A stretch of DNA of 64,000 nt from contig OX597815.1 in NCBI GenBank assembly GCA_951406725.2, positions 143,158,001 through 143,222,000 on the forward strand, in the 5' to 3' direction. Positions within the stretch are counted from its first letter, which is position 1. Each line of letters begins with the position of its first letter. Made by a program: the position numbers and the translations under genes. The notes beneath the pieces were generated by a model. It was not told where the DNA came from. It saw only the letters and a list, made by a program, of their open reading frames with translations, and did no database searches. Shown in pieces: positions 12,833 through 25,286 of this stretch. Origin of the DNA: Octopus vulgaris. Taxonomy: Eukaryota.

Positions 12833-13208
12833 TCTCTCTCTATATAAACGGCAGTTTGTCTGTGCGTGTTTCTGTGTGTCTGTTTGCTTGTACCCTCACC
12901 CTGACCACGGCTTTCAACCGATTCTGATGAAACTTGACACACACATAGCCCAATGTCATAATTCAAAACTAACGCAGCGAAAATTTTGAAAAGTTCCCCC
13001 AGTTCTGAAATATATCGATATATTCGACATGGGGTCGAGAATCAGAAACACAAACCGCAAACTGTCTAGGGGACGCAACTCCACCTTTTTTAACTAAAAA
13101 AAAATTTACCATCATTTTTTTCCATTTTTTTGCTATTTTTTGGCTCTCTAAAAATGCTTTATAGTTATTTCCCTTACAAACCTGAGCAACGCCGGGCGAT
13201 ACTGCTAG
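12833..13208 (+). mobile_element. Non-autonomous Helitron
   Basis: 5' A|TC..TATATAAACGGC start; 3' GC-rich hairpin CCTGAGCAACGCCGGG followed by CTAG|T (CTAG 13205-13208); no TSD; 3' end shared with 55190-55584. Confidence 0.85.
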
Positions 13209-13234
13209 TATATATATATATGTGTGTGTGTGTG

Positions 13235-13560
13235 CAAGCATGACTGTCTCTACTTCTATGGAATTTTATGTTCTGACATTAATCGATATATGTCTCCATG
13301 CGTGCATATGCACTTATTATATGCTAATCATCTGAAATTGCTTACATAATTTCACAGTGACTTTAATGCCTAGTAGCAGTAGCTTCCTAATTAACCGTCT
13401 TCTTTCCAATTTTGTGAAGCCCAGTTTCCCAAGATTGGTACTGCTCCAATAAAAGTAGATTTAAGTCTAAAGCTATATAATATGCCAGTTGGAGTAACCG
13501 CAGATTTTTTTTTTTTTTTTACTCTTTAACATTGTGTCAACGTCTTCTCCGGCGATTTTC
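13235..13560 (-). mobile_element. R4/Dong-like RLE LINE C-terminal fragment
   Basis: Minus strand LRLLQLAY..FIGA..NLGKLGFTKLERRRLIRKLLLLGIKVTVKLCK, homologous to the neighbouring copies. Confidence 0.65.
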
Positions 13561-13574
13561 GTTCCTCGATGTAT

Positions 13575-14350
13575 TTATTTATTTATGAATGCCTTTCTAC
13601 TTCTCTTTTTAATTTGCAGTTAAATGGGACCGGCCAACGGTTTGGTTGCAAAGATGTGAAAGATAGCATCTGTTGATAATCATTCTTTAAATTTTAAAGT
13701 CTTGCAGGTTTTTATTGTCCTAGACATCGTTATTATTTGTTGTGTAATAAATTAAGGAGTTGCATTCTTTCTCCAAGAACCCAAGATCAGCCATGCTTTG
13801 CTTCAGGCTGGTTGGTACGTACCTTGCTATAATAATGATGATATGAAGCGCAAAGTGCATCTTGGGTACTGGATTCGCAAACTCCTCATTAATGGTCCAG
13901 AGACGTTTTCTTTCTCCCGTATTTTTATGATCCCATTGATCCCCAGAGAGCAGCTGATTTCAACAACGGTACGTTTTGTTTTGTTTTGTTTTTTTCTCAT
14001 GACCCGAACACAAGAATATCTGGTAAATTATGATTCAACTTGGTAGCTGTTTTTATTTTTCAGTTCTACCAAAATACTTTTGACGTTTCGGTCTCAATAT
14101 AGTCGATTTTGTTGGTATTTTCATTTTTTCTTATCATGTTCCAGACTGTTCTGGATACTGCATAATGCATCATGGGAAGACAATATCTAGAAGACGTTCT
14201 CTCGCAGTTGGCAATAGTGTGGTTGATCTCTTCCTTCTTGTATTGCACAGCCTACATTTGTTATCAATAAATGTTTGCTATATTTTATGCTGCGGATATT
14301 GGTGGGGATTTCTTACTTTTGGATTACATGGAGATAGCCTTCGATTCAGG
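13575..14350 (-). mobile_element. R4/Dong-like non-LTR fragment: CCHC knuckle, RLE endonuclease and 3' UTR
   Basis: IEGYLHVIQK*EIPT; KCRLCNT/EEINHTIANC..MHYAVSRTVWN; HNLPDILV; TVVEISCSLGINGIIKIREKEN..LMRSLRIQYP; ADLGFLEKE..TIKTCKTLKF. This is the PD-(D/E)xK RLE layout. Confidence 0.85.
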
Positions 14351-14372
14351 TATGTATGTATGTATGTATGTA

Positions 14373-14460
14373 CGTCATTATTCAGTTTATTTCAAGATTT
14401 CTTACCAATAGAGAAAGAACCGGTTTCTAACCTAGATCCAAGACTCCATATATGGAATTT
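14373..14460 (-). mobile_element. 3' UTR-only fragment of the same RLE family with (CATA)n tail
   Basis: Minus strand AGAAACCGGTTCTTTCTC..GAAATAAACTG then (CATA)n. Confidence 0.6.
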
Positions 14461-14461
14461 C

Positions 14462-14510
<49 letters not shown>

Positions 14511-14608
14511 TATGTATGTATGCATGTATGTATATGATTTGCAAATGTAAATAGAATTATATATAAATATAAAAAGTAATATATGCAATAAATATATATA
14601 AAAAAGTA

Positions 14609-14657
<49 letters not shown>

Positions 14658-14740
14658 AAAAGGTACGATGTGTAAATAAGAATTACATAGAAATAATATT
14701 GTATAAAGAAAAGTAAAAGATATAAAATTATATGTATGTA

Positions 14741-14787
<47 letters not shown>

Positions 14788-14839
14788 TTAAAGTAAAATT
14801 ATACATATATACACATAAAAAAAGATATACATATTTACA

Positions 14840-15058
14840 GACATTTTGTTGGATGGCCGTTGATTATTCAGGAGTTCATCCACCCTTTGACAGGTCTTAT
14901 TTTTCATCCCGCAGGCTGTCTGACAGCAACCTCTCACCAAGCAAACCTGGTGGGGTTGTCAGTTTAGTCGCCGACGACCCGGTCATGCGACAGGTTGTAC
15001 TGGATTACATGTTACCAATAGCAAACAACACCACACGCAGTTTGATGCATTACAACTG
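14840..15058 (-). mobile_element. RTE 5' UTR-like segment
   Basis: Similar to 44750-44910 (CGACGACCCG.CATGC.ACAGGTTG.ACTGG.TTACATGTTAC). RTE origin is inferred from adjacency to the RTE RT fragment. Confidence 0.55.
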
Positions 15059-15059
15059 T

Positions 15060-15907
15060 GTTTTTTTTTCAAGTTGATTGTCAAGCCTAAATCATCACAA
15101 GCTGAGTCAAATGCAGATACAAGAGATTGCAGACCTGTTTCAGAATGACTGATAAGATCCCAATCGTCAGCATACAAAAGTTCCCTAATGAGTGAAGTAA
15201 AAACCTTCGTTTTGAACTTCAGCCTGGTCAGATTAAAACATTCCCCGTTGTTCGATATTTTATGTAAATACCTTCCTCAGAGTTTTGAAAAGCATATGAC
15301 AACACAACAGCAAAGTATATTGCAAAGAGGGTGGGTGCAGTAAGGTCTCCTCGCTTTACTCCATTTTCCACAGCAAAAGATTCAGAGAGCCTCCCACCAT
15401 AGTTAACTCTAGCTTTCATATCTTCATGCAAAGCCCTGACCATGTTTACAAATTTTTCTGGGCTACCTATTTTCCTTAGAATTAGACACAGAGCATTTCG
15501 ATTAACAGTATCGAATGTTTTGTTCAAATCAACAAAGCAATGGTATAGAGCAATATTCTGTTCAATGCACTTTTCTTGTAATTATCTGACAGTAAAGACA
15601 CAATCAGCTGTGTGCCCCTGGAGGAATGAGAACCACACTGAGACTCAGAAACTATATTTGGAACTATAAAGGTATTTAAACGTTCTAACAAAATGCGGAC
15701 AAGTAGTTTTCCAACCACAGACAAAAGCGAAATCCCACGAAAATTACCACACAGATCCTTTTGGACCCGATTTATACAAGGAGACTAAAATGGCATCAAT
15801 CCAATCTTGAGGCAATTTCTCAGTTATCTAACAGTGACAAATTAATATATTTAAGAGTTCAGACATTTTGTCACCCTCATATTTCAAGACTTCTGTGCAG
15901 AATAGAC
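15060..15907 (-). mobile_element. RTE (BovB-like) LINE reverse transcriptase fragment, decayed
   Basis: LPQDWIDAILVSLYK; NFRGISLLSVVGKLLVRILLERL; ESQCG; FVDLNKTFDTVNR; GVKRGDLTAPTLF; GIYIKYRTTG; RELLYADD..FGL-like DLGLTINLKK. Frameshifted. Confidence 0.95.
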
Positions 15908-16117
15908 ATGTATGTATGTATGTATGTATGTATGTATGTATGTATGTATGTATGTATGTATGTATGTATGTATGTATGTATGTATGTATGTATGTATGTA
16001 TGTATGTATGTATGTATGTATGTATGTATGTATGTATGTATGTATGTATGTATGTATGTGTATGTATGTATGCATTACGTATGTGTATGTGTCTGTGTAT
16101 GCATATATGTATGTATG
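15908..16117. repeat. (TATG)n microsatellite
   Basis: Direct inspection; it is the tail/target of the adjacent RLE element. Confidence 0.97.
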
Positions 16118-16592
16118 TTCTCTTTAGCTTTTAAGTATTTAAAATCTTTGTCTGAGAAAAAAGCTGGTTTCTAACAAAGCTACAAAGCCCCGTCATTAGA
16201 ATGTAGATAATAAAAACAAATGCACTTCTTAAACTTGAGAAAAGTCTCTAACACATTTCTAGCACATTTCTACTGTTACACTTACAAATTGTGCTTGTAA
16301 TATGCAAATTAGCTGTTGATTTATTTTTGTGAAAACCCTAGCTTTTCCAGACTATCACTTGGGCATTTACTTCCAGAACTAAGTGCATCAATTATTGTTC
16401 GTATAAACGTCAATTTATAACCTGGATATAGAAGCTGGTGTCTTCGAAGAAGTTATTCATAGTTATCCTCTCTCACTATAACTCTCGAAGACATATTCAC
16501 ATTAATAGGGTAGCTAATCTATATGATAGTTCATACTTTTTCTAGTTTATCCCAAGCAACAATATCCAGTCTGTTATGTTTAGACTTGGCGT
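16118..16592 (-). mobile_element. R4/Dong-like RLE endonuclease plus 3' UTR
   Basis: KHNRLDIVAWDKLEKV*TII*ISYPINVN..LLYPGYKLTFIRTIIDAL..SLEKLGFSQK..ETFLKFKK, then a UTR with AGAAACCAGC and (CATA)n; bounded 5' by CATGCATAC. Confidence 0.85.
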
Positions 16593-17233
16593 ATGCATGC
16601 ACATATGTATCTGCACAGGGATGCGTACACGTGCAAATGTTATAGTCGTGTAAATCTCATTACATTGACTTCTTTACATGTACACATATTTCTTTTTATG
16701 TACACGTCAGTATCTGCTCTTAGTACATGCTAAACCTCTGAAAAGTTTTACGTATGTTTTTTGATGGCTGTTTTTTAGCTTTCGCTAAGTCGTCAAATTT
16801 CTCAAGATTGGTGGTAGATTGAAATGTGTGCGCATATAGGACACTTTATACATTACGTATGTGCATATTTCCGTGTGTGTGTGTATTCATAAGTATATAT
16901 ATTTATATGTATATAAATACACTTGACAATTCTTTACTTCCCTCTATCACTCTTTCTCTCTCTTTCTCTCTCTCTCTCTTTTATCTCTCTCCTTCTTCTT
17001 CTCTTACCTCGAGCAATTTGTGTTTCCTTCTCGCTTACTTTCTCCATGTCCGTTTTTTTTTGTCCCATTTCTTTGTTTTCAAAATCACAATTCAATATTT
17101 AGAATAACGATGTAGAAAAAGCAAACAGCTAAATAGACGGAAATGAAGATCGACTTCTGCATCTGTGCTACATCAAGACACGTCAGGCTTGAATTAATAT
17201 TACAATAGTAGTGGCATACATACATATATACAT

Positions 17234-17340
<107 letters not shown>

Positions 17341-17706
17341 TACATATATCTAGATATATATATATACATATATATATATACACACATATATACATATATA
17401 TATAAATAAACACACAGAGAGGTGTGTGTGTGTGTGTGTTTGTGTGTATATATATATATATGTGTGTGTGTGTGTGCGTGTTTATACATAGGGTCCTTTG
17501 TACAAATAGCTGCACGAATGCTGGTGTTAATTTTAACGTCCCACGTAGATTATCATCGTCCAGTCTGCTTTCAGTATAATGGTTACGCAACTACTATACT
17601 TAGTATAGTAGTTGCTTCATCATTATTCTTAAAGCATTATACTTAACCATTATACTTGTGTAGGAGAAATTACAATAAACACATTTTTATAATATTTGTT
17701 CCTATG

Positions 17707-17880
17707 TACGTTTCACCGTTGTGGTTTTTTGGAACGCTGCATTGACTTTTCCGAGTGTAATTGAATGCTTAACCGCGATGGATCATCGTGGAGAACTTTA
17801 TTGCATTATATCAAGCATCCAGGTACATTCAGAACATTTAATGTAGAGTTCCGAGCAACCACAATGGTGTAACAAACGTA
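17707..17880. mobile_element. Old MITE / foldback with imperfect ~65-bp inverted arms
   Basis: TACGTTTCACCGTTGTGGTTTTTTGGAACGCTGCATT... versus the reverse complement of the right arm, TACGTTTGTTACACCATTGTGGTTGCTCGGAACTCTACATT... Confidence 0.6.
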
Positions 17881-17935
17881 GAAACAAATGATATATACAT
17901 ACATACACACACACACACACATTTAAGTATATATA

Positions 17936-17992
<57 letters not shown>

Positions 17993-17998
17993 GGTAAA

Positions 17999-18323
17999 TG
18001 GAGAAGCGGTGGCGAGTGACAATTCTGTAAATAATAGTATTTATAAGGTTAAAGCTCATAAGCGATCATCTTTTACTGACTAAAGAATTTAGTCTAATAT
18101 TAGGACGGAAAAAAAGTGAGTTTTCCGTACGTCCAAGGCTCGAACACACACGTCTTATATTCACGATAAGTGTGCTAATCTTTACACCAACGTGCCCACT
18201 CACTTCTTTCGATTAGATTTAAGAACTATAATTTCATAGTATTGTTTTGTTTTTTTGCTTTTAAACGTGTGTTTTCAGCGATATATGGAAGATCGGTGAA
18301 GAGTGACAATTCTTTAAACAATA
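17999..18323 (-). mobile_element. Direct-repeat-bounded element with an internal tRNA-like segment
   Basis: TGGAGAAGCGGTGGCGAGTGACAATTCTGTAAATAATA and TGGAAGATCGGTGAAGAGTGACAATTCTTTAAACAATA at the two ends. Minus 18125-18197 has A box TGGTGTAAAGATTAG and B box GTTCGAGCC. Confidence 0.5.
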
Positions 18324-18324
18324 G

Positions 18325-18737
18325 GAATGGTTTCAAATTTTGCCATAAGGACAGCAATTTTGGGGAAGGTGTTATACGATTATATCGACCCCAGTACACA
18401 ACTGGTACTTATCTTATCGACCCCGAAAGAATAAAAGGAAAGAATAAAAGGCAAAGTCGGCCTCGGCGGAATTTGAACTCAGAATTTGAAAGCAGACGAG
18501 ATACCTATTTCTTTACTACCCACAAGGAGCTAAATAAAGAGAGGACAAACAAGGACAGACCAACGGATTAAGTTGATTACATCGACCCCAGTGCGTAACT
18601 GGTACTTATTTAATCGACCCCGAAAGGACGAAAGGCAAAGTCGACCTCGACGGAATTTGAACTCGGAACATCACGGAAGACGAAGTACGGCTACGCATTT
18701 CGCCCGGCGTGCTAACGATTCTGCCAGCTCGCCGCCT
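18325..18737 (-). mobile_element. SINE-A dimer
   Basis: Two cores with different tails; flanked by TCTTTAAACAATA / TCTTTAAATAATA. Confidence 0.88.
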
Positions 18738-18830
18738 TCTCTTTAAATAATAATAAATACTAAAGCTTTTATAGAAAGTTTTAGTGTTTATTTTATGCTT
18801 TATTGCAGCTCTGTTCTCTCTCTCTCTCTT

Positions 18831-18918
<88 letters not shown>

Positions 18919-18949
18919 CCCCTCTCTGCTCTGCTTTGCTCTTTCCTTT

Positions 18950-20420
18950 TCATGTGAAATTTTGTTTCCGCTTTCCAGTTGTGTCCGTCTTAAATTGGAC
19001 ACTTCCTTATCTTTCAGTTGCCTACTCAACCGGTTTGAGAACTTTGATCTGCGTCAAAGAATTTTCCTGTCTCTGAGGATTTTGTTTGTCGGTATGCTGA
19101 CCTTTCCTTTTGGAATATATTTAGTGCATATAGCTTCACTGTCGACAGAAACTGACTGAGTTTTAAGTTAATGTCTTGCATAGACAGAATGTCGAACCAA
19201 TCTCGTTTGTAGATCTCTTTGCGGATTGATTTTCATTCTGCTTTATTGAAATTCAAGTTGGACATGGTTTGGGTCCTGGGTAGTTCACCCAGGACCATAC
19301 ATTAGTTAGTTCAACAATGTTGTGGTCTGAAGTGCCGTTGGTGTCATCTTCACATTATGGATAAGCGTTAGGATTAGGGTTATGGATAAGGTTCACATTA
19401 TCTGTGAAGCAGAGATTCAAGATGTTATTACCCCTGGTTGGCTAGAGTATCGCTTGTTCCATGAATAGCATATTGGAAAGTTCAAGTAATGATTCTACAT
19501 GACTTTGTTCATGCAGTGACATCTCAAGAGAAGATGTGGCCTTCAGGTCATTTAACATATGAGAGGTTGAAGTCACTCAGGAAGAATATATGGATATGTT
19601 GGCCCATGTAACTGAGCGTATCCTCAATTTTACCATCATGTGTCGAGGCATTTGTTGGACGATATGTTATGCATATAACTTCAATTAGCTCTATAAGTAT
19701 TCTTAAGGCGTCACAAACTGAGTTTGAGTGTCACAACAATACAAGGGGTGTGACATCTTCGCGAATGAACATAGCAACTCTTCCATGGTTTCTTTCTCTC
19801 CTGTCCGTTCGAAATACAGCAGACCCTGGTATGTATATTTCTGCATCTGTTATATTAGAGTTTAGATGCGTTTTTATAAGCGCTATGAATATTGCTTGAG
19901 TGCATACTGCAATTTCAGATAGAAATTTTTACCTTTGTTACTGAATTGTGGCACACCTCCTACGATATGGGTGCGATGTCTAGGTAGGTGTTACTAATGT
20001 TATTGGTGGACATCTTCAGTCTGTCATCTATGGTTGTCTTGTGTATTGAAATGCATGGCTTTAATTTTGCATCTTTTGTATCCATGTCAGTTGCTGTACT
20101 ATCGTCTGGGTCATGCTAAAAACAAAGACTGTTGCTCGATAGCTGCAGTTCACATAGCCTATACATATAGACTTTTGAGGGGTGCTGACAGTATGGTTGA
20201 TTCCTTTCCTTATTCTTATGAGACCTGTCTCTTCTTGTTGGTGTTCAGGTCCATACTGGAAGATCTCCCTCTTTTAGCCTGCAGGTCCATACTGGACGAC
20301 CCTCCCCCACTTTTATAATTTTGCTGGGTTTTTTTCTAGGCGGCTACCCTGCTTGTTATTCTGATGAGGCTTGAAATGAGCAAAGCTATAGTTTGTTCCC
20401 TTTTCACAATACCAGCGGGG
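18950..20420 (-). mobile_element. Decayed CR1-type LINE (ORF1 end plus APE endonuclease)
   Basis: IALIKTHLNSNITDAEIYIPGSAVFRTDRRERNHGRVAMFIREDVTP..SNSVCD..TYRP; PTRGNNILNLCFT; SDHNIVEL; NLNFNKAE*. Confidence 0.88.
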
Positions 20421-20529
20421 GTCATTTAAATAGAATTTCCAGCCAATCCGGGCTCTGTCAGTTTCTATCCGTGTGCTTGGTTGTTGTTGTGTGTGTGTGT
20501 GAGTGAGAGAGAGAGAGAGAGAGAGAGAG

Positions 20530-20795
20530 TAGGCGCGTGACCTAGTGGTTAGGCTGTTGCATTAACGATCTAGGGATCATGGGTTCGATTCCCAGACCGA
20601 GCGACGCGTTGTGCTCTTATGCAAAATACATCATTTCACGTTGCTCCAGTCTCCCTTTCGATCAGGAGTGAATGTTTGCCTGCTCGGCAAGACAGCGAGG
20701 CGGCGCCATTCGAAAGCTAAAACAATGCAAAACGCATTGTGTGGAGCGATGTGTAAAAAATATCTGATAGTCTTATCGGTCACGTGATCACGAGG
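20530..20795 (+). mobile_element. tRNA-derived SINE-C variant
   Basis: GGCGCGTGACCTAGTGGTTAGG A box and GGTTCGATTCCC B box; body like the 23698 copy, tail like the 6133 copy. Confidence 0.85.
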
Positions 20796-21046
20796 TATGC
20801 ATATATATATATATATACACACATACATACATGCATATATATATATAAAGATATATATATGTGTGTGTGTGTGTGTGCGTGTGTGTGTATGCGTGCGTGT
20901 GTGTGTGCGTGTGTGTGTGTGTGTATGAGAGAGAGAGTGTGTGTGTAGAGAGAGAGAGAATTCACATAAAAAAACAAAAGACGAAGAGCGGTGGTGTAGA
21001 CAACAAACAGATGTATTAGTATAACGCTCGGGACACACACACACCG

Positions 21047-21093
21047 TAATAAGCTTGCTAGACTCAATTTAAAACCAAATTATTTTCTCTCTT

Positions 21094-21140
<47 letters not shown>

Positions 21141-21219
21141 CATATATATATATATATATGTATAACATAAAGAGAAAAAAGAATAATTTGGTTTTAAATT
21201 GCGTCTAGCAACCTTATTA
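21047..21219. repeat. 38-bp inverted repeat bracketing (CT)n(TA)n
   Basis: 21047-21084 TAATAAGCTTGCTAGACTCAATTTAAAACCAAATTATT versus the reverse complement of 21182-21219; 2 mismatches. Confidence 0.85.
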
Positions 21220-21300
21220 TAATGTATGTGCGTGTGTGTGCGTGTGTGTGTGTGCGTGCGCGCACGCGAGCGTATTTATATACACACAGAGAGAGGGAAA

Positions 21301-21444
21301 GAAGAAGAAGAAGAAGAAGAAGAAGAAGAAGAAGAAGAAGAAGAAGAAGAAGAAGAAGAAGAAGAAGAAGAAGAAGAAGAAGAAGAAGAAGAAGAAGAAG
21401 AAGAAGAAGAAGAAGAAGAAGAAGAAGAAGAAGAAGAAGAAGAA
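21301..21444. repeat. (GAA)48 trinucleotide tract
   Basis: Uninterrupted 144-nt run. Confidence 0.97.
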
Positions 21445-21912
21445 GGCGGCTATGGATGCTGTGATCCTCAATGCCTTATACTCGAAGGCAAAGAGAGAGC
21501 GTTTACAATTCACGACTGAAACGTCTTTGATCATGACTAATCTGTAGTTATGTTGGAAAACAACAAATATTTGCTCCACGATTTCCTTGCAAACAGTGAA
21601 GTCGATCCGATTGTATGATTCTTCGAATTTCCTAAAATTTCAGCGCATTCGGATGGAAGCTAGCGACTCATGGTTACGATGTGAACCTCTTAAACAATCG
21701 ATCATGTCTGTTCAACACAAAAGCTACTCGCAAATTATCTATTATTGCTGGGTGATGGCATACACCATCGAGCGCTACCTATTGAACGGTAACAAATACA
21801 CCATTTATATTATTTCTAGTTTTTAATCTTACCTACAGACAGCCAACTGAATATTAATCCTCAAAGACAATCAATGGTAGCTAACCGTGCGTAGACACTG
21901 GATACATGAATA

Positions 21913-21959
<47 letters not shown>

Positions 21960-22297
21960 GCCACAAGTACAGCAATAAAAACAACAATCACAACAGTAGT
22001 ATTCGGGTGTTTGATTGGAAAAACATTTATGGAGTGTGAAATGCCAGTTGACTGAAGTCCAAATAAATAGCTTTGTCATAAGAACTATGAAAGAGATTAG
22101 AAGATTTCCATAGAGATGCTCGCAGACACTACTACATTAAAAGACAATGCAAGTTTAGATTAAAGCCAAGCTAAATTTATACCACCACTCCTCAGTTTTA
22201 ACATTTCCTTCGCCCAACTGTACTGAATCACCTCATCATAGCTGTTCATAGAAATAGCTCAATTTACTGAAAGCGTTTATATGAACGTCTGTGTATC

Positions 22298-22381
<84 letters not shown>

Positions 22382-22409
22382 CATAAACACACACACGTAT
22401 ATATATAAA

Positions 22410-23283
22410 CAGGGTGCGGTGAATAATCTGTCGTCTAAATTAGGCAAAAATAAAAATAACACTGACATCTCATTTTAACAATTATATTTACCAAAATTAC
22501 AGAAAAATATCTTAAAATACTAAAGAGTAAATCGATTTAATAAAATCGTTATTGGCTTCAACCACGGTCTCCAGACCACTTCGGAATCATCTGCAACTCT
22601 TCTGGACTATCTCCTTGTTTAAGTTGATGACTACTGCCATAATCCTTCACTTCACTTCATATTTGGTGTTACAAGGAGTTTTGCTGATCTCTCGCTCAAG
22701 TGTACCCCATATATAATAATCAAGGGGATTGCAGTCTGGGAAGTTAGGTGGCCAAATGTTTAGGGTGATGTGCTCGCAGAAATTGTTTGACAGTCATGAC
22801 TGGGTTCACCTGCTTGTGTGACATGGTGCAGAGCCCTGTTATCAGAAAATAAAATCATCTAGCAGCCACCCTCTTGACCCAGAACAGCACTACCTCCACC
22901 AGGCATTTCATGTAGGCCTCCGTGTTGAGTCTCAGGCCATGTGGGAAAATGAACGGAGGCATACTGTCGCCATCACTAGTGATCACTCCAAACACCATGA
23001 TGTTGACTGGATGTTTGATTTTTATCACTGTCGGTGCATGTCCTCAGATTGGCACCCAAACACACTGAAATATTCGTATTAAAGCTTCCGGCGCGAATGC
23101 CAAGCCGTACAGCATGTCGTTTCCAAATCTCTGACAGAATGAATTGCGCCATGGTGCGGTGTTTTTTTCACAGACAGTGCCCAACTGACCCTACTTTACT
23201 GTGTAGTCGACAATCAAAAACAAACAATGCGCATGTGTGAAATTAGAAATATAAAACGGCGACAATTTACCCATCGCACCCTG
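22410..23283 (-). mobile_element. Internally deleted DD37D (maT-type) Tc1/mariner-superfamily transposon
   Basis: TIRs CAGGGTGCGGTGAATAATCTGTCG / CGACAATTTACCCATCGCACCCTG. Minus strand KHPVNIMVFGVITSDG..PPFIFPHGLRLNTEAY..QGSAPCHTSR..WPPNFPDCNPLDYYIWG..RSGLETVVEA. There are 37 residues between the mutated second-D position and the third D. Confidence 0.92.
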
Positions 23284-23697
23284 TGTATACATATATATAC
23301 ATATACATTTATATGTATTCACTCACACACCTATATACAGAGAGAAAGAGGGAGAGAGATAGAGTCATTTGCCCACCTCTGCTGACCCACCAACTGGAGG
23401 GTATTAACGTAGGGTCGAAATACTCCTGACCAAAGCACCATTCACTTTGATGAGTGGAAAGAAGCGCCTTTTTTATAGCTGTTATCAATATGTATACAAT
23501 ACATTTTTCACAAAGTATATACATATATGTGTTTGTGCGTGTACGTTTGTATGTATGCATTTATCTATGTATGTATGTATGTATGTATGTATGTATGTAT
23601 GTATGTATGTATGTATGTATGTATGTATGTATGTATGTATGTATGTATGTATGTATGCATGTATGTATGTATGAATGTATGTATATGTATGTATAGT

Positions 23698-24047
23698 GAA
23701 GGCGCGTGACTCAGTGGTTAGAGCGTCGAGCTAAAGATCTTGAGGTTGTTGTGAGCTCGAATTCCGGACCGGGCTGCGTGTTGTGTTCTTGAGCAAGACG
23801 ATTTATTTCACGTTGCTCCAGTTCACTCAGCTATTAAAATGAGTTGCAACGTCACAGGTGCCCAGCTGTATCGGCCCTTGCCTTTCCCTTGGATAACACT
23901 GGTGACGTGGAGAGGGGAGGCCGGTATACATGGGTGACTGCTGGTCTTCCATAAAAACAATCTTGCCCAAGCTTGTGCCTCAGAGGGTAACTCTCTAGGT
24001 GCAAGCCCATGGTTAGTGTTTGACCGAAGGGGGTCACAACACAACAA
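23698..24047 (+). mobile_element. tRNA-derived SINE-C variant with distinct tail
   Basis: GGCGCGTGACTCAGTGGTTAGAGCG head, GTGTTGTGTTCTTGAGCAAGAC body, (AAC)-rich end. Decayed relatives at about 1320-1460 and 57259-57480. Confidence 0.85.
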
Positions 24048-24362
24048 CACATATGTATATATATCTGGATGTATAAAACTGTCTAGGAATATATTTTTGC
24101 GTCACCATTTATATTTATAGATGTCTTTATACAACATTTTTTATAAATTATATAAGTGATATAATGTGTCCATATTTTGTCTTTTTTTATTACGCGTTCG
24201 AATTAAAGAGATTTTAGCCAACTCCTATTCTGCAGAATTACTTCTGGAAATATTTTGGAAGTTGCATCTCTAAAGCTTTGTCTTTCTGAGTACTAATACG
24301 GCGTTCACCTACAGTACGCTTATACTAGTATATTCTCCCCATTGAATGTATGTGTGTGTGCC

Positions 24363-24400
<38 letters not shown>

Positions 24401-24405
24401 ACAGT

Positions 24406-24476
<71 letters not shown>

Positions 24477-24483
24477 TATAGAT

Positions 24484-24815
24484 ATTGGTGAAGATACAAT
24501 GTTCAGTGATCAGAGTGTCATATTTTCATCATTGTTTCCAACAGATCCAGCTTTAGTAACATACAATGTAACTTCAAATACCAAGAGAGCAGTCTCCTGA
24601 CGATCGGGAATGAGAAACTCCGGATAGTGTTGAATACTATATATATGCCGGTGTTAGTTTATAATCGAGTGTCTATATAGAACGTATGTTTTACTGGTTT
24701 ATGAATGTATATATCGGTGTAAAGATTACCGAGCATTTGTGATTTGAATCCATAAGCAAAATTCATTCATACACACATATAAAAAAATTACTCGGAAACA
24801 CAGGTATCGTTGTAC
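24484..24815 (+). mobile_element. Possible Penelope-like terminal-repeat remnant with a degenerate hammerhead-like motif
   Basis: CTGACGA-TCGGGAATGA-GAAAC-TCCGGA-TA at 24597-24626, lying between microsatellites. Confidence 0.3.
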
Positions 24816-24859
24816 AGAGAGAGAGAGGGGGAAAGGGAGAGACAGATAGACAGACAGGC

Positions 24860-25286
<427 letters not shown>

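Noticed and set aside
19365-19395. TTAGGATTAGGGTTATGG as interstitial telomere
   Set aside because: Only one exact TTAGGG, lying inside a decayed CR1.
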